A stretch of 32,000 nt of DNA from Thermoproteota archaeon (GTDB taxonomy: Archaea; Thermoproteota; Nitrososphaeria; Nitrososphaerales; Nitrosopumilaceae), in the NCBI GenBank assembly GCA_003352285.1, contig QQVN01000005.1, positions 316,380-348,379 of the forward strand. The letters run 5' to 3'. Made by a program: the position numbers and the translations under genes. Positions 9,019 to 15,995 of the stretch are shown here, piece by piece. The stretch's first letter is position 1; every line of letters begins with the position of its first letter. The notes below the pieces were generated by a model that worked only from the letters and a program-made list of their open reading frames with translations, searched no databases and was not told where the DNA came from.

Positions 9019-10080
9019 CTAGTTTACTAATACGAGGTGTATTGGACCTTTATCGCCAAGTGCAATACCGCTTGGATCCCAAATGTAAGTTTCAACATAG
9101 TATAACCCACTTTTTTCTGGAATCCACTCAACTGATGGCATCTGGGAATTTGGTCCTTCAAATTTTCCCTCGAATGTACCGATAAATTCAACATAAGGTG
9201 GTTTTCCAGATTGAATTACTTGTGCATAGTAAACATATTCTTGATCATATGATTCACTTTCAGAAGCAATCTGTATCCACATGTTACTTTGAATGTTAAC
9301 TGGGGTGTCTTTTGTCAGACTGCTCAATAAATTACCATCTTTATCACTAATTGAAATATCATTAATGGAAATGCTTTTGCTTAAAATTTCGGGAGGGGTT
9401 ACTTGAGCATTCAAAACATTTGATGAAAAGCTCTTTGATTCAGATAAAATCTTAAAACCGCTTGCTTGATTGATTCGTTTTTCGGTGAATGTGAATTCCT
9501 TTGTAGCTTTTGATTCAATAGTTCCCAAATCAATTGATGAGATTTTCAGTAATCGTGGAGGAGTAAATGCATCATAAAATATTAGGTGGGCAGTTGTATT
9601 CTCCGATTTTACACCACCATTGTTTGTAATTGTTCCAGAGAAGCTTATCGATTCTCCCATTATGGTATCAGTTGTTTTGAGATTAAGGGAGCTTGGTTTT
9701 ACTCCAGCAGAATTGAAGCCTAAGAGATTGACTGAGATGTTAGTTATTGCGCTATTTTTTGTGGGGGATTTTATCACATATGGTGACTTTGCATTTGGTG
9801 GAATTACTTCTAAAAGAGAAGTGCCAACGGTTGATTCTAAGGGTTGAAGATTCACATCATCATAAAATCCAGCCCAAATTTTTACTCCAGTAACTGGGAA
9901 GTTTTTTGTATTCTGGACCTCACCGATAATTATCGTATATCCATCATCATCAGTGTAGTGATATGGGGTAAAACTAGTTAGAACTATACCAAGTGTAGGC
10001 TGTTTGTCTTGGAGTTGTGAATAGCTGGCACTAAACGGAAAAAGGCCAACAATCAAAATCAAGATTACAAGAAATTTCAA
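9019..10080 (-). CDS. secreted or surface hypothetical protein with signal peptide
   Basis: The N-terminus (TTG start) is KFLVILILIVGLFPFSASYSQ. The rest is rich in beta-strand Thr, Ser and Asn, consistent with Ig-like extracellular domains. Confidence 0.6.
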   Translation of the reverse strand: MKFLVILILIVGLFPFSASYSQLQDKQPTLGIVLTSFTPYHYTDDDGYTIIIGEVQNTKNFPVTGVKIWAGFYDDVNLQPLESTVGTSLLEVIPPNAKSPYVIKSPTKNSAITNISVNLLGFNSAGVKPSSLNLKTTDTIMGESISFSGTITNNGGVKSENTTAHLIFYDAFTPPRLLKISSIDLGTIESKATKEFTFTEKRINQASGFKILSESKSFSSNVLNAQVTPPEILSKSISINDISISDKDGNLLSSLTKDTPVNIQSNMWIQIASESESYDQEYVYYAQVIQSGKPPYVEFIGTFEGKFEGPNSQMPSVEWIPEKSGLYYVETYIWDPSGIALGDKGPIHLVLVN

Positions 10081-10210
10081 TAGATGTTCTAATGAAGAGT
10101 GATTAATTTTATGTGAAATAGCATAATCTAAACAAGGTAGTTAGAAGGTTTTACCTTATTTCATCTAGGAATGATAAATAAGAAAAAGATGTAAATGATA
10201 AATTGTTATT

Positions 10211-10318
10211 TTATCTTCGTTTCTTCATTGCGGTAATTGCAAACCAGTAAACTAATCCTGGTGCTAGACCAACAATAAGTGGAATCCATACTGGCCATCC
10301 ATCGACTACGCTTGCCAT
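10211..10318 (-). CDS. possible 35-aa single-pass membrane miniprotein
   Basis: My translation is MASVVDGWPVWIPLIVGLAPGLVYWFAITAMKKRR followed by a stop. It has a clean hydrophobic helix and a basic tail. It is below the ORF-track size cutoff. Confidence 0.35.
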   Translation of the reverse strand: MASVVDGWPVWIPLIVGLAPGLVYWFAITAMKKRR

Positions 10319-10406
10319 GTTAATTTCACCCTAACTTATCCTATTTAAATCCATCCTGTAGTCTGAAATCCTTCAAAGATCGCATGGCTTTAGAAAAATG
10401 TGTAAG

Positions 10407-10480
10407 TGGACTGAAGGGGATTTGAACCCCTGACCCCCCGCGTGCAAGGCGGGTATACTACCAGTCTATACTATCAGCCC
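10407..10480 (-). tRNA. tRNA-Ala (anticodon UGC)
   Basis: The cloverleaf was folded by hand. The acceptor GGGCTGA/TCAGTCC contains the G3:U70 alanine identity pair. The anticodon loop is CTTGCAC and the T-arm is AGGGG-TTCAAAT-CCCCT. Length is 74 nt and CCA is not encoded. Confidence 0.9.
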
Positions 10481-10564
10481 ACGGGAATCATGAAATTCGT
10501 GTTGATTTTAATTGTTGTCTTATTGGCCGGTAAAGATTTTATTTGCTCAAAAGGGGTTTTTTGT

Positions 10565-11119
10565 ATGGTACTTTTAGAGTCGCAAATTAAATTAAAAACT
10601 GGTGATAAGATTCCAGATTTCTCTCTAAAAGGAATTGACGATAAAATTCATTCAGTAAGTGACTACAAAGACTATGATGGCAAGTTAATTATTTTCATGT
10701 GTAATCATTGCCCATATGTTAAAGCAAAAGTTGAGGCAATAAAGGAGATTCATGAAAAGTTTAGTGACAAGGTGGCAGTAGTTGGCATCAACAGTAATGA
10801 CCCCATAGCCTTTCCAGATGATAATTTTGAAAACATGAAAAAGACTGCTTCAGAAAAGGGTATCAAATTTGACTATTTGGTAGATGACACACAAGAGGTA
10901 GCAAAAAGATTTGGGGCAATGTGCACACCAGACCCATTCCTATTTGACAAAAACGGAAATCTTGTTTTCCATGGAAGAATTGACAACGCAATGAAGCCAG
11001 AAGATGTAGCTACTGAAAAGACCATGATTGATAACATTACCAAATTACTAAATCAAGAAAAAATCCAAAAGGACTTTGATCCTTCAATTGGTTGTTCAAT
11101 AAAGTGGAAGGAAAATTAA
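10565..11119 (+). CDS. thioredoxin-fold thiol-disulfide oxidoreductase (AhpC/TSA-redoxin family)
   Basis: From the ATG at 10565 the protein reads MVLLESQIKLKTGDKIPDFSLKGIDDK..LIIFMCNHCPYV (CxxC) ..GINSND..PDPFLFD. The ORF-track start at 10442 would overlap tRNA-Ala and was rejected. Confidence 0.8.
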   Translation: MVLLESQIKLKTGDKIPDFSLKGIDDKIHSVSDYKDYDGKLIIFMCNHCPYVKAKVEAIKEIHEKFSDKVAVVGINSNDPIAFPDDNFENMKKTASEKGIKFDYLVDDTQEVAKRFGAMCTPDPFLFDKNGNLVFHGRIDNAMKPEDVATEKTMIDNITKLLNQEKIQKDFDPSIGCSIKWKEN

Positions 11120-11152
11120 ACTTAAATGAGTCTAGCCTAGAGAACTGTTCGT

Positions 11153-11240
11153 GGGCTCGTAGCTCAGCTTGGCTGGAGCGTTCGACTGATAAGATTTCTC
11201 AGAGATCGAAAGGTCATGTGTTCGAATCACATCGGGCCCA
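11153..11240 (+). tRNA. tRNA-Ile (anticodon GAU) with a 13-nt intron at the canonical 37/38 position
   Basis: The acceptor is GGGCTCG/CGGGCCC and the D-arm is GCTC..GAGC. The anticodon stem TTCGA/TCGAA is interrupted, and the loop CTGATA-[agatttctcagag, 11192..11204]-A restores a 7-nt loop. The T-arm is ATGTG-TTCGAAT-CACAT. Confidence 0.85.
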
Positions 11241-11244
11241 TATT

Positions 11245-12138
11245 CTAATTCTTACTTTCAAAAACTGTTTCCGACCATTGTAATACTGCATCAATATCCT
11301 CCGTAATGAGGTCAGCCTTGATTCGCGTTTTTTTGCCAACCTTTCCACATAAAATTAATTTTAGATTTTTTCCAATCTTTGTTTTTAGCGATATAATAGA
11401 TTCTGAAAAAAAGTTTAGGCCTTCTTCGGATTCTGAAAAAACAACAATTATCATTATTCCATTTTTTTGCTTCCAAATTCTCCCTAGAAATTTTTGAAGA
11501 TCCAAATCAAAGATTACATCAATTGATGAGGACATATCACCCAAGTAGGAGACAGTCCATTTTTCATATCGATAAGATGCAGATGCTGCCTCTGCAAACA
11601 ATGAGCTGTTTGCATCTGCAGATAGTATGAGGACATTCTTTTTTGGATCGTTGTCAATCGTGGAGGCTCTTAGGGATTGAATACAACTAGAAATGATGTT
11701 GTAAAGATATTTTCTTTCAGAATTTCCTATTTTTCCATCATCGTATTGTTTTTGAACAGATTTGATAGAAGGATAGATCACTTCTGAAATCATCTTTGTG
11801 GTAATGGCACCAGAATGAATACAATTTTGAATTAAGCTGTTAATTTGATTTTGTGTTCCTGTGTTAAGAAGTTCTGAAAACTTTTTTTGAATTTTATAAT
11901 AGTCATCTGGGAAACTGTATTTTTCAATTCCCTCTTCGGTTAACCACAGTGTAATATTTCCAATGTTTTTTTGTGTGATACTTCCTTCTGCTGCAAAAAT
12001 GTTAAGGTACTTTGTAATAGTTAATCTATTGATTCCTAGTTGTTCGGATACTTCGGTTCCAGAAAGACCAGTCTTTGATTCAGATAGTAGATCAATTATT
12101 TTTTCACGTATCTCATTGACTTGATATCCTCTTGCCAT
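11245..12138 (-). CDS. winged-helix transcriptional regulator fused to a B12-binding-like (helical bundle plus Rossmann) sensor module
   Basis: The N-terminus IREKIIDLLSESKTGLSGTEVSEQLGINRLTITKYLNIFAAEGSI looks like a winged HTH. The middle, VIYPSIKSVQKQYDDGKIGNSERKYLYNIISSCIQSL, resembles the B12-binding_2 helical bundle. The C-terminus (NVLILSADANSS..VSYLGD..IVVFSES..KLILCGKV) mirrors the cobalamin-binding Rossmann blocks, but the DxHxxG histidine is absent. Confidence 0.55.
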   Translation of the reverse strand: MARGYQVNEIREKIIDLLSESKTGLSGTEVSEQLGINRLTITKYLNIFAAEGSITQKNIGNITLWLTEEGIEKYSFPDDYYKIQKKFSELLNTGTQNQINSLIQNCIHSGAITTKMISEVIYPSIKSVQKQYDDGKIGNSERKYLYNIISSCIQSLRASTIDNDPKKNVLILSADANSSLFAEAASASYRYEKWTVSYLGDMSSSIDVIFDLDLQKFLGRIWKQKNGIMIIVVFSESEEGLNFFSESIISLKTKIGKNLKLILCGKVGKKTRIKADLITEDIDAVLQWSETVFESKN

Positions 12139-12256
12139 ACTGGTCTAACCTTGCAGTATGGTATAAAGTCTAATTTTTTTTAGATATCAGGTTCACAAAA
12201 GAGACAAAACAAGTCTTAAATAGTTGTACCATAAAGTACGGTAAGAGGAAAGTAAA

Positions 12257-12643
12257 TTGCCGAAAGCAGGATTCAAATCAATTACAGTTTCAGAAGCAGT
12301 TTACGATAAGTTCTTCAATGTTTATGAAAAGAACAAAGAAGACCTAACCATGAAAGGTGTAAACAGCTTTTCAGGATATGTCACATACATGTTAGAGGAG
12401 ATGATGCAAAAGGACAAAACCTTTGCAAGATATGCTCCAAAATTAGAAAAGATTTCAGTTGACGGAGACAGAGTTGTTCTTAAAGATAATATCAAAAACA
12501 GGATTGCTGAAGTTACAATTCAGCGAGGCGAGCTATTCTGCCAGCTATGTGATGAAAAAGATTGTGTCCATATTGGATTTGTATTCTCATTACCTGATGT
12601 TTACGAAGTTTTGAACTCTAGAGGAATTAAACATCCAAGATAA
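12257..12643 (+). CDS. hypothetical protein with a possible ribbon-helix-helix N-terminus and a Cys/His cluster
   Basis: It has a TTG start. KSITVSEAVYDKFFNVYEKNK is RHH-like and CQLCDEKDCVH is a possible metal site. It is divergent from the regulator at 11245..12138. Confidence 0.5.
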   Translation: MPKAGFKSITVSEAVYDKFFNVYEKNKEDLTMKGVNSFSGYVTYMLEEMMQKDKTFARYAPKLEKISVDGDRVVLKDNIKNRIAEVTIQRGELFCQLCDEKDCVHIGFVFSLPDVYEVLNSRGIKHPR

Positions 12644-12649
12644 GAGCAG

Positions 12650-12770
12650 TGGAGGAGGTGGGATTTGAACCCACGAACTCCTGAGAGACAGGATCACCCA
12701 TTTTATGATCTTAAGTCCTGCATGTCCAAAAGCACAAGTGCTTACTTTGGCCAGGCTTGATTACTCCTCC
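12650..12770 (-). tRNA. tRNA-Leu (anticodon UAA) with two introns: 21 nt in the D-arm (12724..12744) and 15 nt at 37/38 (12695..12709)
   Basis: The acceptor is GGAGGAG/CTCCTCC and the T-arm is GTGGG-TTCAAAT-CCCAC. It has a long variable arm (TCTCTCAGGAGTTC) and the anticodon loop is CTTAAG-[intron]-A. Removing TAAGCACTTGTGCTTTTGGAC restores the D-stem ATC/GAT and gives an 85-nt mature tRNA. A bulge-helix-bulge can be drawn around both D-arm splice sites. Confidence 0.8.
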
Positions 12771-12862
12771 GTTGATGCTAATTTTTGTGTGAAATTTAAC
12801 AGTTTAGAGAGAAACTCGCTATAACTAAGAATTATAAGGATTTTCTACAGGGCAAAAACGGT

Positions 12863-12936
12863 GCTTCGATAGCTCAGCCTGGTAGAGCGTTACCTTGGTA
12901 AGGTAAAGGTCGCGGGTTCGGATCCCGCTCGGAGCT
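12863..12936 (+). tRNA. tRNA-Thr (anticodon GGU)
   Basis: The acceptor is GCTTCGA/TCGGAGC and the D-arm is GCTC-AGCCTGGTA-GAGC. The anticodon stem-loop is TTACC-TTGGTAA-GGTAA and the T-arm is GCGGG-TTCGGAT-CCCGC. Length is 74 nt. Confidence 0.9.
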
Positions 12937-13812
12937 CTAATAATTTTTGATTAACAGTTCCAGATGGCCTGTTCTCTTTTTAGAGTTTGAATTGATTGCA
13001 CGATTAGCTGCTATTGCAATTGTCTTCCAAGGTTTTTTTGAAAACATCTTTTTGACTTCTGGTGAATATGAGTTAGATAAGAGAACGTAACATCCTTTTG
13101 CATCCAATTCCAAGCATATCTCAAATAGTCGTTTTAGGTCTTTTACACTAAAGTCCTTGTTTGTATAGCTTGTAAAATTAGCAGTTTTACTAACTGGCTG
13201 ATATGGAGGATCAAAATATACAAAGTCATTTTTTTGTGCCAATTTAGAAACAGAGGTAAAGTCACGACAACTAATTGAAACCTTCTTTGATTGTAAGGTG
13301 TGGCTTACTGAGTTAAGATTATCCTCATTTACGATGTTTGGGTTTGTGTATCGTCCTAGTGGAACATTGAATTTTCCTTTACTGTTAACCCGATAGAGTC
13401 CGTTAAAGCAGGTTCTATTAAGAAATATCAATCTGGCCGTCTTTTCAACTTGGGTCTTTGGCTCACTATCTCTAATAGAATAGTAATAGGAGCTAGAATC
13501 CTCAGAGTATTTTTTTTCATGTTTTTTTAGACAGGAGATTAGTTCGCTTACTTTATCACGAATTGTCACATAGGAAAGAACCAGGTCAGAGTTTAGATCA
13601 GAAACTACACATGCTTGTTTTTGATTCTTCTCAAGCATATGAAATAGCATTGCACCACCTCCCAAAAATGGCTCAAAATATGTGCCAAAAGCATCTGGTA
13701 TGTGTTTGTCAAGTTCAGATAATAGCTGTCTTTTCCCACCAGCCCATTTTACAAATGGTTTTGGAGAATCATGAATCTGATCATATTGCTGTGCCAATAT
13801 GATATGATTCAA
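12937..13812 (-). CDS. dam: DNA adenine methyltransferase (Dam / D12-class N6-adenine MTase)
   Basis: PFVKWAGGKRQLL, FEPFLGGGA (AdoMet motif I) and FVYFDPPY (DPPY catalytic motif IV) are in the Dam-family order. The stop codon directly abuts tRNA-Thr. Confidence 0.88.
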   Translation of the reverse strand: MNHIILAQQYDQIHDSPKPFVKWAGGKRQLLSELDKHIPDAFGTYFEPFLGGGAMLFHMLEKNQKQACVVSDLNSDLVLSYVTIRDKVSELISCLKKHEKKYSEDSSSYYYSIRDSEPKTQVEKTARLIFLNRTCFNGLYRVNSKGKFNVPLGRYTNPNIVNEDNLNSVSHTLQSKKVSISCRDFTSVSKLAQKNDFVYFDPPYQPVSKTANFTSYTNKDFSVKDLKRLFEICLELDAKGCYVLLSNSYSPEVKKMFSKKPWKTIAIAANRAINSNSKKRTGHLELLIKNY

Positions 13813-13911
13813 TCAATTTAGAAGGTATGAAGAGACAACAAATGATCACTATCTGTGCAATATTTTTTAATCAAATTTGGAAGAGCTGAGAATTCTCTCA
13901 GTGTAGATAAT

Positions 13912-13941
13912 AAAATGAAAAGGAAAAGGAAAAGATTGGGT
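13912..13941 (-). terminator. pyrimidine/oligo-T tract directly after the amoA stop (cttttccttttccttttcatttt)
   Basis: Archaeal terminators are oligo-T runs. The same 15-mer ttccttttccttttc occurs after amoB. Confidence 0.5.
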
Positions 13942-14592
13942 TTAGTCCCACTTGGACCAAGCGGCCATCCATCTATAAGTCCACGTTGTTAATTTACATC
14001 CCAACGCAGCCATAGTTACAGACAACACTGCACCAGCACCTGCTCCCAGTGCTACTGGGCTGTTATAGAATTTACCTACTTGAGGTTCTATGGGTGTCAT
14101 GTATGGTGGTAATGTTGGTCTTGGATATTTGAAGGCCGTTTCTAGTGGGTCAGCTACCGTAATCAAGTTGACCATGTTGAACAATGGTAGAGACATTCCT
14201 ACCAGTACACCGCCGAACAGTATCAGTGAGTGTTTGTTTCTCTTTGTTGCCCAATAAGCCAAGTCCATCAACATTGCTGATGGTAGCCAAACTGGTGTAA
14301 CAATGAAGTCGTATGGATATCCGAGTGCAAACCATGCACCTTTTGCAATCCACGTGTATACTGTCATAATCAACGCATAATACGTTGCTGTTCCAGGAAC
14401 GCCTGTAAATGTTAGGTAATATGCTGCACCTACTACAAGCATTAACGTTTGAGATATTGAGAATACTACAAACGATGTCCAGGCCCAGTCAGTGTAGAAG
14501 ATATAGTCTCCTGCATTAATTGTTAACAAAGTCGAGTTAACCGCAACTACTACTATGAATAAGTAGTGGGTACATCGTCTTAGCCAGACCAT
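13942..14592 (-). CDS. amoA: ammonia monooxygenase subunit A (archaeal)
   Basis: 216 aa: MVWLRRCTHYLFIVVVAVNSTLLTINAGDYIFYTDWAWTSF..PLETAFKYPRPTLPPYMTPIEPQVGKFYNSPVALGAG.. This is unmistakably archaeal AmoA of the Nitrosopumilus type. Confidence 0.98.
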   Translation of the reverse strand: MVWLRRCTHYLFIVVVAVNSTLLTINAGDYIFYTDWAWTSFVVFSISQTLMLVVGAAYYLTFTGVPGTATYYALIMTVYTWIAKGAWFALGYPYDFIVTPVWLPSAMLMDLAYWATKRNKHSLILFGGVLVGMSLPLFNMVNLITVADPLETAFKYPRPTLPPYMTPIEPQVGKFYNSPVALGAGAGAVLSVTMAALGCKLTTWTYRWMAAWSKWD

Positions 14593-14615
14593 TATCAGGT
14601 AGAAGATAGGGTTGG

Positions 14616-14624
14616 TATATAAAA
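14616..14624 (-). promoter_or_regulatory. TATA box of amoA (ttttatata on the minus strand)
   Basis: It lies 24-32 nt upstream of the amoA ATG (14592). This spacing implies a leaderless or very short-leader mRNA. Confidence 0.55.
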
Positions 14625-14671
14625 TTTTAGACTGGTATGATGATCGTCTTTATCTAGAAAATGAAAAAGAG

Positions 14672-14689
14672 AAAAAAGTCCAATGGACT
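14672..14689 (-). terminator. hairpin plus T6 downstream of amoX
   Basis: On the minus strand the sequence is agtc-cattg-gact followed by tttttt, starting about 9 nt after the amoX stop. Confidence 0.45.
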
Positions 14690-14697
14690 GTATCTCA

Positions 14698-15060
14698 CTA
14701 TACACCGACGTATAGAGAAATAAACACAGTTCCTACTGCAGTACCAGCAAGTGTAGCGGCGATGATTCCGTTGCTATTCTTTCTAGAACCTTCTTCCATG
14801 ACTTTAACACAGAAGAGATAACCAATCGCCTCGATGATTGTGAGTACGATGAAAGCATAGTGTCCGCTTGGTGTTGGATATGCCCATGGATAATAGAAGT
14901 ATCCAGCTGCTGTTCCACCAAATGTTGCTAGCCATGCTGCAATGTATGATATTGTTATCAGGCCGGTCATGTTTTCAACTCGTCTGCCAATCATCTTTTC
15001 GACGTCAGCAGAACCAGTGCCACCTGAGCCACCTGAACCAAATCCTTTCGGAAGAGTCAT
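14698..15060 (-). CDS. amoX: AmoX (conserved small membrane protein between amoA and amoC in ammonia-oxidising archaea)
   Basis: 120 aa with a Gly/Ser-rich N-terminus (GFGSGGSGGTGS) and hydrophobic helices (ITISYIAAWLATFGG; YAFIVLTIIEAIGYLF; IIAATLAGTAVGTVFISLYV). Its position between amoA and amoC matches the known AOA synteny. Confidence 0.85.
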   Translation of the reverse strand: MTLPKGFGSGGSGGTGSADVEKMIGRRVENMTGLITISYIAAWLATFGGTAAGYFYYPWAYPTPSGHYAFIVLTIIEAIGYLFCVKVMEEGSRKNSNGIIAATLAGTAVGTVFISLYVGV

Positions 15061-15144
15061 TTGCGTTTATACTATGCAGAATACTTTTAAGTCTTTCTTA
15101 AAGGACGAAAAAGACTCGATCTAAGTTATAGTTAAAATATAAAG

Positions 15145-15162
15145 AAAAAAGTGCTTTCGCAC
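15145..15162 (-). terminator. amoC terminator: GNRA-capped hairpin gtgc-gaaa-gcac followed by T6
   Basis: On the minus strand the sequence after the stop reads TAG acaaaaac GTGC GAAA GCAC TTTTTT c. Confidence 0.55.
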
Positions 15163-15170
15163 GTTTTTGT

Positions 15171-15734
15171 CTATGGGATTGATCTGCTGTACAGTTTGCC
15201 TTCTAGGGCCATCTTGTACATTTCAGCAACATATGGATTTTCACCTGGTGTTTCTGCACCGAGTTCGACAAGTCTAGCATAGACTCTGACCACGTATGCA
15301 AGTGCGCCCATAAAGGCGACTACTACACCCATGTTAAACATCCAATGGTTTGGTACTGCAAAGATTTCTTCTACAAACCAAAAGTGCCACATCTCATTTA
15401 CTCCAATGGTAAACATGGTTGCCAAGTAACCTAGAATGGTCATCTTAAGACCAGTATTCATAGAGTTATTTGGACCTCTTAGAATTGGTACTTTTCTATC
15501 ATAGATTGCAACTGAACCCCATCCAAGTGGTAGAGCCACGAAGTGGGAGTATAGCCACCAGTGTGCTGGTGTAAATGCACTATCTCTAATAGAGGTTTGA
15601 TGTAAAGATCCATCAACGAAGTTATCTACTTCGACAGATGCTGCAGTAGAACCCATAGCGATGACGATAAGCCAGATTTTCTTTAGTCTCTGGATTTCGA
15701 CTTCTTTTGGGATTAATGCGGGCATTTGTGCCAT
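15171..15734 (-). CDS. amoC: ammonia monooxygenase subunit C (archaeal)
   Basis: From the ATG at 15734 the protein reads MAQMPALIPKEVEIQRLKKIW..HWWLYSHFVALPLGWG..NEMWHFWFVEE..PNHWMFN.. A TATA-like ctttatatt lies 23-31 nt upstream. The 46-codon extension in the ORF track runs through the promoter and was rejected. Confidence 0.95.
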   Translation of the reverse strand: MAQMPALIPKEVEIQRLKKIWLIVIAMGSTAASVEVDNFVDGSLHQTSIRDSAFTPAHWWLYSHFVALPLGWGSVAIYDRKVPILRGPNNSMNTGLKMTILGYLATMFTIGVNEMWHFWFVEEIFAVPNHWMFNMGVVVAFMGALAYVVRVYARLVELGAETPGENPYVAEMYKMALEGKLYSRSIP

Positions 15735-15756
15735 AGGTACAGTGTGTTGCCATCTG

Positions 15757-15765
15757 AATATAAAG
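15757..15765 (-). promoter_or_regulatory. TATA box of amoC (ctttatatt on the minus strand)
   Basis: It lies 23-31 nt upstream of the ATG at 15734, which supports the shorter amoC start. Confidence 0.5.
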
Positions 15766-15888
15766 TAAGAGTTCCAATTCTGAGTTTTTTTGTAAATTTC
15801 TTTCATTAAATTATGACTAAAACTTGTAATTTTCTGTAATTTTACAATAAAAAAATATAGAAATAATATCAATTTAGAAATGAATTTG

Positions 15889-15912
15889 AATGATAATCAT
15901 CAATGATAATCA
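15889..15912. repeat. tandem direct repeat aatgataatca (2 copies, 13-nt period) in the amoC/amoB divergent intergenic region
   Basis: The copies at 15889..15899 and 15902..15912 are identical and separated by tc. Confidence 0.8.
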
Positions 15913-15995
15913 ATAAAACTATTCTTAGATCTCTCACATTAAGGTAAAACATATAACGACGTATGTTACCTCACTGAGTAATTAACGGGATAACT

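Noticed and set aside
10081-10210. Repeated atgataa motifs as C boxes of a C/D sRNA
   Set aside because: There is no CUGA D box and no guide-length spacing. This is most likely AT-rich promoter or spacer sequence.
10442-10564. Upstream start of the thioredoxin-like ORF
   Set aside because: It would overlap tRNA-Ala on the opposite strand and the divergent promoter region. The conserved redoxin sequence starts at the ATG at 10565, which has an AT-rich TATA-like element about 20-28 nt upstream.
11092-11497. Plus-strand ORFs 11092..11283 and 11306..11497
   Set aside because: The first runs through tRNA-Ile. The second is antisense to the well-supported regulator gene.
10400-13941. Integrated mobile element or genomic island bounded by the tRNA genes
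   Set aside because: There is no integrase, transposase or phage-like gene. I could find no direct repeat of a tRNA 3' end, and the content looks like host regulators plus a single methylase.
14612-15124. Plus-strand ORFs 14612..14821, 14868..15101 and 14942..15124, and minus-strand ORF 14733..14921
   Set aside because: All overlap amoX in other frames or in antisense. amoX has the expected position and membrane-protein character.
15735-15872. 46-codon N-terminal extension of amoC
   Set aside because: The extension is Phe/Ile/Lys-rich translation of AT-rich promoter DNA and contains the TATA-like box. Archaeal AmoC begins MAQMPALIP.
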